Positions 29,643-41,533 are shown, numbered from the stretch's first letter. The stretch is DNA of 64,000 nt from a bacterium (GCA_031441465.1 JANOEP010000011.1:74557-138556), one strand, 5' to 3'. Translations and numbers: made by a program. Notes: a model not told the origin generated them from the letters alone.

Positions 29643-30427
29643 CCCCCGTCCTCGACCTGCGCCACTTGCGGCTGGAGCTCGACGGCCGCTCCATCCTGGA
29701 CGACGTGTCGCTGGCCGTGCGCGAGGGCGAGCACCTGGCGATCGTCGGACCCAACGGCGCCGGCAAGACCTGCCTGCTGAAGTGCGTCAACCGGATCCTG
29801 CACGGCTGGCGCGGCATGATCAGCGTGCACGGCGTCAGCATCGCCGCCTACTCGCAGCGCGAGCTGGGCCGCCTGGTGGCCTACGTGCCCCAGGTCGGCG
29901 GCCGGCCGGCCCCGTTCACCGCCCGCGAGACCGTCCTGATGGCCCGCTACCCCCACCTGACGCCCTTCGCATCGCCCGGCCTGCGCGACCAGCGCTACGT
30001 GGAGGACGCGCTGGCCTTGACCGGGATCGGCGCCCTGGCCGACCGGACCATGGACACCCTCAGCGGCGGCGAGCGGCAGAAGGTGTTCCTGGCGGCCGCC
30101 CTGGCCCAGGACGCGCGCCTGCTGCTGCTGGACGAACCGGCGACCTTCCTGGACCCGCGCCACCGCGACGACTTCCGGCGCGTGCTGCGCACGGTCAACC
30201 GCCGCAAGGGAGTGACGGTGGTCGAGGTGACCCACGACCTCAACTGCGCGGTGCTCGACGCCGACCGGATCTTCGCGCTGAAGGACGGCCGCGCCGCGTT
30301 CTGCGGCCCGCCGGACCAGTTCATGGTGCGCGACGTGATGCACCGCGTGTTCGACCGGACGTTCCTGACCGTGAACCATCCGACGACCGGGCAAACCGTG
30401 ATCCTGCCGGAGGTGGGCGGGCCGTGA
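29621..30427 (+). CDS. ABC ATPase (BtuD/FecE-like)
   Basis: GPNGAGKT, LSGGERQ, LLDEP, THDLN. Confidence 0.92.
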   Translation: MDANRTLTPVLDLRHLRLELDGRSILDDVSLAVREGEHLAIVGPNGAGKTCLLKCVNRILHGWRGMISVHGVSIAAYSQRELGRLVAYVPQVGGRPAPFTARETVLMARYPHLTPFASPGLRDQRYVEDALALTGIGALADRTMDTLSGGERQKVFLAAALAQDARLLLLDEPATFLDPRHRDDFRRVLRTVNRRKGVTVVEVTHDLNCAVLDADRIFALKDGRAAFCGPPDQFMVRDVMHRVFDRTFLTVNHPTTGQTVILPEVGGP

Positions 30428-31419
30428 AGCGGATCACGATCCTCGGCGTGACGGTGCTGGTGACCGCGGCGGTGCTCGTCGCGGCGCCGCTGCTGGGCCT
30501 GGAGACCATCGACCCCCGGCAGGTGATGGGCGGCGCCGAAGCGGGGCCCGAGGCCCGCATCTTCTGGTCGCTGCGCGTGCCGCGGGTGATGCTGGGTTTC
30601 CTGGCTGGCGCGGCGCTGTCGGTGGGCGGCCTGACCTTCCAGGCGCTCTTCCGCAACGCGCTGGCCACCCCCTACACGCTGGGCGTCTCCAGCGGCGCCG
30701 CGCTGGGCGCCACCCTGGCGATCCGCCTCGGGTTGGTCTTCTCGGTGCTCGGGATCCCGGCCGTCTCGCTCGCCGCGTTCACGGGCGCGCTGCTGGCGGT
30801 CGCGCTGGTCTACGGCCTGGCCCGCGCGCGGCGGGTCGGGTCGGCCAACATCATGTTGCTGGCGGGCGTGGCGGTGAACTTCAGCTTCGCGAGCCTGATC
30901 CTGCTGGTCCACTACACATCCGACGCGGCGGCGTCATTCAACATCCTGCGCTGGCTGATGGGCCGGCTGGACACCGTGGGTCCCGACGAGGCCCTGCGCC
31001 TGCTGCCGCTGGTGGTCGTCGGCGGCTTCGTCGCGCTGGCGCTGCACCGCGAGCTGAACCTGATGTCGGTGGACGAGGAGCTGGCCGTCAGCCGCGGCGT
31101 CGATGTCGACCGCTACCGCGTGATCCTGTTCGTCACCACCTCGGTGATGGTCGGGGGCGTGGTGGCCGCCTGCGGACCCATCGGTTTCGTGGGGATGATG
31201 GTGCCGCACGTCTGCCGCCTGCTGATCGGCCCGGACCACCGTTGGCTGGGGCCGATGAGCCTGCTGGCCGGCGGCGCCTTCCTGGTCGTCTGCGACGTGC
31301 TGGCCCGCATGCTGGCCGCGCCGGCGGAGCTGCCGGTCGGCGTGCTGACCTCGCTGCTGGGCGGTCCCTTCTTCCTGTGGCTGCTGGTGGGGCGTCGCGG
31401 CGCCGTCGCCGGGGCCTGA
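30424..31419 (+). CDS. FecCD/BtuC-family ABC permease
   Basis: LRVPR, QALFRNALATPYTLGVSSGA, GPIGFVG, ELPVG. Confidence 0.92.
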   Translation: MKRITILGVTVLVTAAVLVAAPLLGLETIDPRQVMGGAEAGPEARIFWSLRVPRVMLGFLAGAALSVGGLTFQALFRNALATPYTLGVSSGAALGATLAIRLGLVFSVLGIPAVSLAAFTGALLAVALVYGLARARRVGSANIMLLAGVAVNFSFASLILLVHYTSDAAASFNILRWLMGRLDTVGPDEALRLLPLVVVGGFVALALHRELNLMSVDEELAVSRGVDVDRYRVILFVTTSVMVGGVVAACGPIGFVGMMVPHVCRLLIGPDHRWLGPMSLLAGGAFLVVCDVLARMLAAPAELPVGVLTSLLGGPFFLWLLVGRRGAVAGA

Positions 31420-31443
31420 CCCCCGACGCGAGAGGGAGGCCGC

Positions 31444-32313
31444 ATGGGCGCGCTGCTGCTGGCCTCGGCGATCTGGGCCTTCTCTTTCGGACTGCTCAAG
31501 ACCGCGCTGGGCGGCTACGATCCGCTGGCCGTCGCCGCGGGCCGGCTCGTGCTCTGCCTCGCCCTGTTCCTGCCCTGGTTGCGGCGCGGCCCCGCCGCCC
31601 GCGGCGTGCGCCTGCGCCTGGCCGGACTGGGCGCCGTGCAGTTCGGGTTGATGTACGCCCTCTACATCGCGTCCTTCCGCTGGCTGCCCGCCTACGCCGT
31701 GGCCTTGTTCACGGTGTTCACGCCGTTGTACGTCGTGCTGCTGGACGATCTCGGCCGCCGCTCCCTCCACGCGCGCCACCTGGCGGCCGCCCTGCTGTCG
31801 GTCGCGGGCGCGGCGTGGGTCGCCTGGCAGGCGCTGCCGCCGACGCCGGCGTGGCCGGGGATCGCGCTGCTGCAGGGCGCGAACCTGTGCTTCGCGGCGG
31901 GTCAGCTGGGGTACCGTCGGCTGCGCCGCACCGAGCCCGCGACGCAGCGCAGCGAGGCCGGCAACCTGGCCTGGATGTACCTGGGCGCGGCCGTGTTCGC
32001 CGTCGCCGCGCTGGCCGCCGCCGGACGGCCCGCGGACCTGCTCGCCCTGTCGCCGACGGCCCGCTGGGCCCTGCTCTACCTGGGGCTGCTGCCCTCGGGC
32101 GTCGCCTTCTACCTGTGGAACCGCGGTGCGGCGCGCGTGGGGGCGGGCGCTTTGGCGGCGGCCAACAACCTCAAGGTCCCGCTGGGGGTTGTGATCGCCT
32201 GGACGGTGTTCGGGGAGCCGGCGCCCTACGCGCGCGTGCTGCTGGGGCTCGCCGTGGTCGTCGGCGCCGTGCTGTGGGCCGTGGCGCAGGAGAAGAGACC
32301 GGAACGGTTGTGA
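31444..32313 (+). CDS. EamA/DMT-family transporter
   Basis: About 10 TM segments with a duplicated EamA pattern. Confidence 0.85.
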   Translation: MGALLLASAIWAFSFGLLKTALGGYDPLAVAAGRLVLCLALFLPWLRRGPAARGVRLRLAGLGAVQFGLMYALYIASFRWLPAYAVALFTVFTPLYVVLLDDLGRRSLHARHLAAALLSVAGAAWVAWQALPPTPAWPGIALLQGANLCFAAGQLGYRRLRRTEPATQRSEAGNLAWMYLGAAVFAVAALAAAGRPADLLALSPTARWALLYLGLLPSGVAFYLWNRGAARVGAGALAAANNLKVPLGVVIAWTVFGEPAPYARVLLGLAVVVGAVLWAVAQEKRPERL

Positions 32314-32452
32314 ACAAAACCCGCTTGTCGGGGGCTGGCGGCGGGGTTAGTTTTGCGGTCCGAGCATGTCGGCTGCGCACCCGTCGCGGCCTGGGCGCGG
32401 GCCGCCCGACGTCGAGAACGGGGATGGCCCCACGGACAAGGAGACCCAGACG

Positions 32453-34096
32453 ATGAGCTTCCAGGACCGGATCGAGAAGCTGCTCGCCGGCGGCGCCGTC
32501 CGCCGCAACATCCCCCGCGCGGACATGATCCAGGCCTGCGTGGACCACGGCGAGGCCATCGTCAGCAAGTGCGGCGCCCTGGCCACCTGGACCCGCCCCG
32601 AGTCCACCGGCCGCAGCCCCGAGGACACGCTGCTGGTCAAGCGTCCCGAAAGCGCCGCGTCCATCGACTGGACGGCCGCCAACAACCGGCCGATCGACCC
32701 CGAGACCTTCGACATGCTCATGGACGACGCCCTGTCGACCCTCGGCAAGGGCCGGCTCCATGTCAGCGACCGCGTCGTCGGCGCCGATTCCGCCTACGCC
32801 CTGCCGGTGACGACGATCAGCAACCGCTCCCTGCAGGTCCTGTTCACCGACAACATGTTCCGCCCCGTGCCGAAGGACATCGGCAAGAGCATCTTCGCCC
32901 AGCGGCCGTTCACGCTGCTGGTCTGCCCGCAGGAGAAGCTCGACCCGAAGCGCTACGAGGGACGCCTGCGCATCGACCCGAAGCTGGGCCACACCTCGAC
33001 GATGGTCATCGCCATCGACTTCGACCGCCGCTTCGGCGTGGTCTACGGTTCGTCCTACTGCGGCAGCTGCAAGAAGCTGCTGTTCACGGTCATGAACTAC
33101 ATGCTGCCGCCCGAGGGCGTCCTGCCCCTGCACTGCTCCGCCAACGAGGGACAGCACGGGGACATCGCGCTGCTGCTGGGCCTGTCGGGCACCGGCAAGA
33201 CGACCCTCTCGGCCGACCCTTCGCGCGCCCTGCTCGGCGACGACGAGCACGGCTGGGGCGACCACGGCGTCGCCAACTTCGAGCACGGCTGCTACGCGAA
33301 GCTGATCGACCTGAACCCGAAGAAGGAGCCGGAGATCTTCAAGGCCTGCTTCCACGAGGCCGATTTCCGCCAGCACGGGTCGATCATCGAGAACGCGATG
33401 ATGTACCCCGGCGGCACCTTCGACCTGTTCGACGACCGGCTCACGCCCAACAGCCGCGGCTCCTACCTGCTGAGCGAGCTGACGAACATCAAGCAGAGCT
33501 CGGTGGGCGGTCATCCCAAGACGATCCTGTTCCTGACCGCCGACGCCAACGGCGTGCTGCCCCCGGTCAGCAGGTTGACCCGCGACCAGGCCATGCTGTG
33601 GTTCCTGATGGGCTACACCAGCAAGCTCGCCGGCACCGAGACGGGCGTCACCGAGCCCAAGAGCGCCTTCTCGCGCTTCTTCGGCGCGCCCTTCATGCCG
33701 CGCAACCCGGACGACTACGCCAGCATGCTCGGCAAGAAGCTCGACGAGCACGGCACCGTGGTCTACCTGGTCAACACCGGCTGGAGCGGCGGCGCCTACG
33801 GGACCGGCAAGCGCATGGACATCACCCTGACGCGGGCGATGTGCGCCGCCGCCATCGACGGCTCGCTATCGCAGGTGACCTGCGAGACCGACCCCTACTT
33901 CAAGGTGCTGGTGCCGACGAGCTGCCCCGGCGTCGACGATCCGGCGATCCTCAAGCCCGCCAACACCTGGAGCGACAAGGCGGCCTACGCGGACCGCGCG
34001 CAGAAGCTCGCCAAGGAGTTCGCCGCGCAGTGGGACAAGGCCTACGCCGACAAGGGACTGGCGCCGGCGATCGCGGCGGCCTGCCCGGGCAAGTAG
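32453..34096 (+). CDS. pckA: Phosphoenolpyruvate carboxykinase (ATP)
   Basis: TGRSP, LHCSAN, GLSGTGKTTLS, GDDEHGW, GCYAK, LVNTGWSGG. Confidence 0.95.
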   Translation: MSFQDRIEKLLAGGAVRRNIPRADMIQACVDHGEAIVSKCGALATWTRPESTGRSPEDTLLVKRPESAASIDWTAANNRPIDPETFDMLMDDALSTLGKGRLHVSDRVVGADSAYALPVTTISNRSLQVLFTDNMFRPVPKDIGKSIFAQRPFTLLVCPQEKLDPKRYEGRLRIDPKLGHTSTMVIAIDFDRRFGVVYGSSYCGSCKKLLFTVMNYMLPPEGVLPLHCSANEGQHGDIALLLGLSGTGKTTLSADPSRALLGDDEHGWGDHGVANFEHGCYAKLIDLNPKKEPEIFKACFHEADFRQHGSIIENAMMYPGGTFDLFDDRLTPNSRGSYLLSELTNIKQSSVGGHPKTILFLTADANGVLPPVSRLTRDQAMLWFLMGYTSKLAGTETGVTEPKSAFSRFFGAPFMPRNPDDYASMLGKKLDEHGTVVYLVNTGWSGGAYGTGKRMDITLTRAMCAAAIDGSLSQVTCETDPYFKVLVPTSCPGVDDPAILKPANTWSDKAAYADRAQKLAKEFAAQWDKAYADKGLAPAIAAACPGK

Positions 34097-34173
34097 TCGT
34101 ATCATGTAGCTCAGACGCTGCGACGGGCGCCCCCGCGGGGGTGCCCTTCGCATACCCCCCGGGAGGATCCGCC

Positions 34174-34785
34174 GTGCGCCGCCAGGAACTCGCTTCCGAC
34201 GACCCCGCCCTGTTCCGCGAAGCCGCCGACCTGTGCGAGGTCGGGTACCTGGGCCTCGTGACCGCCGACGGCACGCCGCGCGTGGTGCCGCTGAACTTCG
34301 CGGCTCTCGAGACCACGATCTACTTCCACGGCGCGCTGGCGGGGGAGAAGCACGAGCTGCTGAAGGGCGGCGCGCGGGTCAGCTTCCTGATGGCCCTGCC
34401 CTACAGCCTGATCCCCTCCTACTGGACCGCGCCGGACCACGCCTGCCCCGCCACCCACTACTTCAAGTCGGTGGACGCGCGCGGCGTCTGTTCGGTGGTG
34501 GAGGATCTCGGGGAGAAGGCCCGCGCCCTGCAGGCCCTGATGCAGAAGTACCAGCCTGAAGGCAGGCACCGCCCCATCGACGCCGCCGACCCTGTCTACG
34601 TCAAGCCCCTGCGCGGCGTCGGGGTGTTCCGCGTCGCGGTCGCGAGCTGGACCGGCAAGGTGAAGTTCGGCGTCAACGAGCCGGAGCGGATCCGGCGGCT
34701 GCTGATCGACGGGCTGCGGGAGCGGGGGCGGCCGCTGGACCTCGCCACGGCGCTGGAGATCGAACGCACGCTGGACGGGATCTGA
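34174..34785 (+). CDS. Pyridoxamine 5'-phosphate oxidase / NimA-like flavin-binding protein
   Basis: PRVVPLNF, IYFHGA..GEK, FKSV, TGKVKFG; GTG start after GGAGG. Confidence 0.85.
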   Translation: MRRQELASDDPALFREAADLCEVGYLGLVTADGTPRVVPLNFAALETTIYFHGALAGEKHELLKGGARVSFLMALPYSLIPSYWTAPDHACPATHYFKSVDARGVCSVVEDLGEKARALQALMQKYQPEGRHRPIDAADPVYVKPLRGVGVFRVAVASWTGKVKFGVNEPERIRRLLIDGLRERGRPLDLATALEIERTLDGI

Positions 34786-34880
34786 TCGCCGGGTATGATC
34801 TGATTCCCGCTCCCTGCCGGTTTATGGTACTGGAGAGAGTCTGCCAAGGTGGCGGCGAACATCGTAAAAGGGATGATGTG

Positions 34881-35156
34881 ATGAGCGAGCCTAGGAACTG
34901 CTGGGACGTGATGAAATGTGGCCGTTCGCCCGGCGGCGTCAACGTCGTATCCAGCGGGATCTGCCCTGCGGCGGTCGACCGGTCGAGCCACGGCATCAAC
35001 CGGGGACAGAACGCCGGCCGGTACTGCTGGCGGATCGCGGGGACTTACTGCCGCGGGCAACGTCAGGGGACCTTCGCCCAGAAGGCGGAGGACTGCGGCA
35101 AGTGTTTCTTCTTCCAGCTGGTCAGGTACGAGGAGGCCGAGGCGCTGACCCTCTAG
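34881..35156 (+). CDS. Small Cys-rich two-CW domain protein
   Basis: NCWDVMKCGR..CPA..GRYCWRIAGTYC..CGKCFFF. Confidence 0.8.
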   Translation: MSEPRNCWDVMKCGRSPGGVNVVSSGICPAAVDRSSHGINRGQNAGRYCWRIAGTYCRGQRQGTFAQKAEDCGKCFFFQLVRYEEAEALTL

Positions 35157-35165
35157 CGGCTGGCG

Positions 35166-36503
35166 CTAGTCCACGATTCCGATCTCGAAGACCCGCGGCC
35201 AATCCTTCCCCGTCACGAAGACCCGCCCGCTCGCCGGATCGACGGCGATCCCGTTGAGCACGTCCGCCGCGAGGTCCTGCTCGCGCGTCAGCAGCCCGGT
35301 CAGGTCGAGCCAGTCCACGACCGCGCCGGTGGCGGGATCGATCCTTACGATGAAGTCGGTGAGCCAGACGTTGGCCCACACCAGCCCGCCGGCGCATTCC
35401 AGCTCGTTGAGCCGCTCCAGCTCGGCGCCGCCCGTGGTGACGGTCACGCGGCCCAGCTCGGCGAAGGTGCCGGGGTCGCGGAAGAACAGCGTCGAGGTGC
35501 CGTCGCTCATGACCAGCCGCGCGCCGTCCCAGGCCAGGCCCCAGCCCTCGGTCGCGTAGTCGAAGGTGTCCAGGGGGGCGAAGGTCGTCAGGTCGCGCGC
35601 GTAGGCGCGGTGGTTCTGCCAGGTCAGCTGCAGGACGCGGTCATCGACGACCGCCACGCCCTCGCCGAATTCGTTGGCCGCCAGCGCGACCGACTGCAGC
35701 ACCGTCCCGGTCGCGAGTTCCACCCGCCGCAGCTCCGAATCGCCGTAGTGGCCCGTGCCCTCGACCAGCGCGCCGCGGTCCCAGACGAGTCCCTGGGTGA
35801 AGGCGCCCGGATCGTGGGGGAACGACGCCACGACGCGCACGCCGCGGGCCGGTTCGGCCGCGACGAAGGAGCGCAGCGTGATCGTGCGCGCGCCGCCGGT
35901 GTCCGGCGTGACGACCAGGGCGCAGTAGTGGACGCCGGGCGCGAGGCCCGCGCGGTCGGCCGTCACCCAGACCGTGTCGGCTTCGGCCGCGGCGGATCCC
36001 GCGGCGGGCGCGGCCGAAGCCCAGGTCGAGCCGACGGTCACCGCCGCCGTCCAACCCAGTGCGCCGCCGCCGCCGTTGCGGATCACGACCGCCAGCCGCG
36101 AGCCGACCAGGCCGAAGCTGACCTGCGGCGTCTCGATCGCCGGCGACGGAGCGGCCACGTTTAGTGGCAGCCTGCCCGTGACCGCGTCGCGCCCGTCGTC
36201 CACGCTCACCGAGACGGTGCACGGCCCGGCCTGCGCCGGCGCGATCCAGGCGACGGCGGCCGCGGCGGCCCCTTCGGGGAACACGCCACGGGTCGCGCTC
36301 CAGGCGTAGGACAGGGGCTGGCCCTCGGGATCCCCCGCCTGCACCGACACGGTCAGCGTGTCGCCGGGGCTGGCCGTCGTCGACGGCGCGGCAGTCAGCG
36401 CCGCGATCGCCGGCGGTCGGTTCGCGGGATCGGCATCCAGGATGCAGCCGGCGACCGCCAGAGCCGCGGCGAGCAGGCAGAAGGTCAACGGTCGGGTTCT
36501 CAT
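35166..36503 (-). CDS. Lipoprotein glutaminyl-peptide cyclotransferase (beta-propeller type) with N-terminal Ig/BACON-like domains
   Basis: Lipobox VAGC; FTQGL, FGEG, QLTWQ, EGWGL, SDG, LNELE, ANVW, VLNGIA, TGKDW. Confidence 0.9.
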   Translation of the reverse strand: MRTRPLTFCLLAAALAVAGCILDADPANRPPAIAALTAAPSTTASPGDTLTVSVQAGDPEGQPLSYAWSATRGVFPEGAAAAAVAWIAPAQAGPCTVSVSVDDGRDAVTGRLPLNVAAPSPAIETPQVSFGLVGSRLAVVIRNGGGGALGWTAAVTVGSTWASAAPAAGSAAAEADTVWVTADRAGLAPGVHYCALVVTPDTGGARTITLRSFVAAEPARGVRVVASFPHDPGAFTQGLVWDRGALVEGTGHYGDSELRRVELATGTVLQSVALAANEFGEGVAVVDDRVLQLTWQNHRAYARDLTTFAPLDTFDYATEGWGLAWDGARLVMSDGTSTLFFRDPGTFAELGRVTVTTGGAELERLNELECAGGLVWANVWLTDFIVRIDPATGAVVDWLDLTGLLTREQDLAADVLNGIAVDPASGRVFVTGKDWPRVFEIGIVD

Positions 36504-36775
36504 CACTCTCCTCGGAGTTGCCCTCATTGTAGGGGGGATCGGCGCGGCGGACAACCGTCTGGCCCGCGGCCGGTCCCGAGGTTATGATGGCTCCCGAACA
36601 GGAGCGTACATGACTTCGATCCGCCACATCCCCCTGCCCACCCTCTACCGGGAGACCGACGCCTTCGCGGGTCTCGTGATGCCGGGCCCCGCCTGAGCCA
36701 AGCCGCAGCACCGCCGCATCACGCCACGCCGCCGGCGCCCCGCCGGCGGCCGGACCCTGTGCGAAGGAGGATGTT

Positions 36776-37141
36776 GTGAACGACCGCAAGGATCTGATCC
36801 GCGCCTACAAGGAGACCGTGCAGCCCGCCGGGATCTACGTCGTGCGCAATATCATCGAGGGCAAGCTGCTGCTGGGCGCCAGCCGCAACCTGCCGGCCAG
36901 CCTCAACGGCCAGCGCGCTCAGCTGCGCTTCGGCGGCCACCGTAGCCGCGCCCTGCAGTCCGACTGGAACCGCCTCGGCGAGGACGCCTTCGTCATCGAG
37001 GTGTACGAGGAACTGAAGCCGTCCGAGGGCAACCGCGAGGTGCTCCAGGCGGACCTCGAAGCCCTGCTTGCCCTGCTGATCGCCGATCTGCGCCCCTGGG
37101 ACGAGCATGGCTACCATCCACCGCCGCGAGAGGGGAAGTGA
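36776..37141 (+). CDS. Small GIY-YIG-like protein
   Basis: AGIYVVRN..LLGAS, LQSDWN..GEDAF; AAGGAGG RBS. Confidence 0.75.
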   Translation: MNDRKDLIRAYKETVQPAGIYVVRNIIEGKLLLGASRNLPASLNGQRAQLRFGGHRSRALQSDWNRLGEDAFVIEVYEELKPSEGNREVLQADLEALLALLIADLRPWDEHGYHPPPREGK

Positions 37142-37273
37142 AGGCACCGGCCTTGCAATTGACCACGACCGTCGCAACTGCTTGATTTTTCAATAGCTTG
37201 TACAATTCGCCATGATGGGGGGATGCGCGCCGGCTTATTGCACATTTGTCAATTATCTTGATACTACAGATTC

Positions 37274-37292
37274 ATTGTGATATAGTCACAAT
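37274..37292. promoter_or_regulatory. Palindromic candidate operator upstream of the OmcS-like gene
   Basis: ATTGTGA-TATAG-TCACAAT inside an AT-rich intergenic region. Confidence 0.55.
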
Positions 37293-37386
37293 ACTGTCAA
37301 CATACCGACAGAACTGTTTGTCGCTCTGCATGTTCGGCCCAAAACGCATGATTCCCGAACACCGCATTCCAACACGGGGGATTTAG

Positions 37387-38505
37387 ATGCGGACTTTTCA
37401 ACAGGCCATGATCGTCGTCGCCTCGCTGACGTTGGGATGGGCGCCGGTCCAGGCCTTCCACGATGGCGGCGTCGCTTACTGCGCAGGCTGCCACACCATG
37501 CATGTGAGCCAGAACGGCGGCCCCGGCTACCACGGGACACCGGGCGGCAACCCTGATCTGCTGATGTACGGGAACGCCACCGACACGTGTGTGCGTTGTC
37601 ACTATTTCCGCGGTCAGATCTCGAACGGCCAAGGCCAGGGGCCGGGTGGGGATTTCTACTGGCTGACGCGCACGTTCACCTGGACCACGCCGGGGGGAAC
37701 GACGGGGAGCAGTCCCGGCCACACGCACGGACACAACGTGGCCTGCAACGTGTTCAACATTCCTGCCGATCCGGTTCTCCAGCAGGCGCCCGGCGGGGAA
37801 TTCCTCAGCAACGAACTCGGCTGCACCAGCTGCCACGATCCCCATGGCAACAGGAATTTCCGCATGCTCTACGATTCGCAGCTCGGCCCCAGGTACGTAG
37901 GTGATACGCGATTCGCGTTCACGGCCGACGCACCGCTGGCCCGCGGCAATGCCGGCACCACGCTGGTCGGCGGCGGCGCCAACGAAACCGACGCCCGGCA
38001 TACCGTCTACAAGAGCGGTTTCAGCGAGTGGTGCGCCAACTGCCATCCGTCGATGTTCGAAACAGCCGGCGGGCAGTACATGCATCCCGCCGGCGTCGGG
38101 CTCACGCCCACGATCGCTGACCGTTACAACGGATACGTGAGCACCGATGATCCGGATGGCGGCATCCAGGCCGCATCCTACATGGGCCTGGTGCCTTTCG
38201 AAGCGGTCGATGTCGATCTGTCCTCGGTCGATCCCGCGAACTCGACGTCAGGTCCCGCGGCCGGCGACCAGGTGATGTGCCTGTCCTGCCACCGCGCCCA
38301 CGCGTCGCCGTTCGCCGACGCCGGGCGCTGGGATTTCGCCGCCACGTTCCTGGTTGCGGATTCGCATCCCCGGATAGGTGACGGCGGCGCCTCTGCACAG
38401 GACATCGCCAACCGCTATTACGGGTACACCTTCACGCCCAACCAGCGCTCGTTGTGCAACAAGTGCCACGTCAAGGACTTCGGAGACGCGCCGTACACTC
38501 CCTGA
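37387..38505 (+). CDS. OmcS-like hexaheme c-type cytochrome
   Basis: Signal peptide then FHDGGVAYCAGCHTMH; six CxxCH; PGGDFYW, GHNV, APGG, CTSCHDPHG, SEWCANCH, HPAG, CLSCHRAHAS, QRSLCNKCH. Confidence 0.92.
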   Translation: MRTFQQAMIVVASLTLGWAPVQAFHDGGVAYCAGCHTMHVSQNGGPGYHGTPGGNPDLLMYGNATDTCVRCHYFRGQISNGQGQGPGGDFYWLTRTFTWTTPGGTTGSSPGHTHGHNVACNVFNIPADPVLQQAPGGEFLSNELGCTSCHDPHGNRNFRMLYDSQLGPRYVGDTRFAFTADAPLARGNAGTTLVGGGANETDARHTVYKSGFSEWCANCHPSMFETAGGQYMHPAGVGLTPTIADRYNGYVSTDDPDGGIQAASYMGLVPFEAVDVDLSSVDPANSTSGPAAGDQVMCLSCHRAHASPFADAGRWDFAATFLVADSHPRIGDGGASAQDIANRYYGYTFTPNQRSLCNKCHVKDFGDAPYTP

Positions 38506-38516
38506 GTTGTGCGGAG

Positions 38517-38548
38517 GCGGCCGGGAGCCCCATCCGGCTTCCGGCCGC
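38517..38548. terminator. Hairpin between convergent genes
   Basis: Stem GCGGCCGGGAGCC / GGCTTCCGGCCGC. Confidence 0.6.
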
Positions 38549-38579
38549 TGTCCCGATCGGCAAGTGTGGCCAAGTCCTC

Positions 38580-40712
<2,133 letters not shown>

Positions 40713-40837
40713 GGGGCGGACCTCTCGTTTCGGGTCGGGGTGTGCGGCGCGGGGTCGGGCCATGATAGGACGGCGCGGCGCCCCTGTCATCCCTCAACGG
40801 GCTTCCCAGCCGACCCGGCCGCTGCTACGATACGGGC

Positions 40838-41533
40838 ATGTCCGGCCACGAGTTGCACATCCTCCACGAGGACAACCACCTGCTGGTGGTGGTCAAACCC
40901 GCCGGGCTGCTGGCCCAGGGCGACCGCACCGGCGACGTTTCCTTGCTGGACCTCTGCAAGGCCGACCTGAAGGCCCGCTTCGGCAAGCCGGGCAACGTCT
41001 ACCTGGGCCTGGTGCACCGCCTGGACCGGCCGGTCTCCGGCGTGATGGTCCTGGCCCGCACCTCGAAGGCCGCGTCGCGGCTCAGCGCGCAGTTCCGCGA
41101 CGCGCAGGTGCGCAAGACCTACCGGGCCGTCGTCGAGGGCGCGCCGCCCGCACCCGAGGGGGACCTCGTCGGCCACCTGGCCGCCGAGGGCGACCAGGAC
41201 GGGCGGACCCGCTGGTCGGCGTCGCCCTTCCCCGGCTCGCGCGAGGCGGACCTGCGCTACCACGTGCTCGCCGCCGCGCCCGGCCGCTCGCTGCTCGAGG
41301 TCCGGCCGCAGACCGGCAGGCGTCACCAGATCCGCGTCCAGCTCGCCGCGGCCGGCTGTCCCGTGGCCGGTGACGTGAAGTATGGCGCCCCGGCTCCTTT
41401 GCCCGACCGCTCCGTGGCCCTGCACGCCTGGCGCCTGGAACTGGCGCACCCCGTCGGCGGTGGGCTCCTCGTCTTCACCGCCCCCGTCCCCGAGAGCGCG
41501 CCCTGGTCCCTGTTCGCCGAGGCCGGCTCGTGA
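40838..41533 (+). CDS. RluA-family pseudouridine synthase
   Basis: KPAGLL, HRLDRPVSG, TGRRHQIR, GDVKYG, LHA. Confidence 0.92.
   Translation: MSGHELHILHEDNHLLVVVKPAGLLAQGDRTGDVSLLDLCKADLKARFGKPGNVYLGLVHRLDRPVSGVMVLARTSKAASRLSAQFRDAQVRKTYRAVVEGAPPAPEGDLVGHLAAEGDQDGRTRWSASPFPGSREADLRYHVLAAAPGRSLLEVRPQTGRRHQIRVQLAAAGCPVAGDVKYGAPAPLPDRSVALHAWRLELAHPVGGGLLVFTAPVPESAPWSLFAEAGS

Noticed and set aside
38503..38512. TGAGTTGTGC after the OmcS-like stop, matching the IS terminus
   Set aside because: Only 9-10 bp match and the rest of the TIR is absent; cannot be distinguished from chance.
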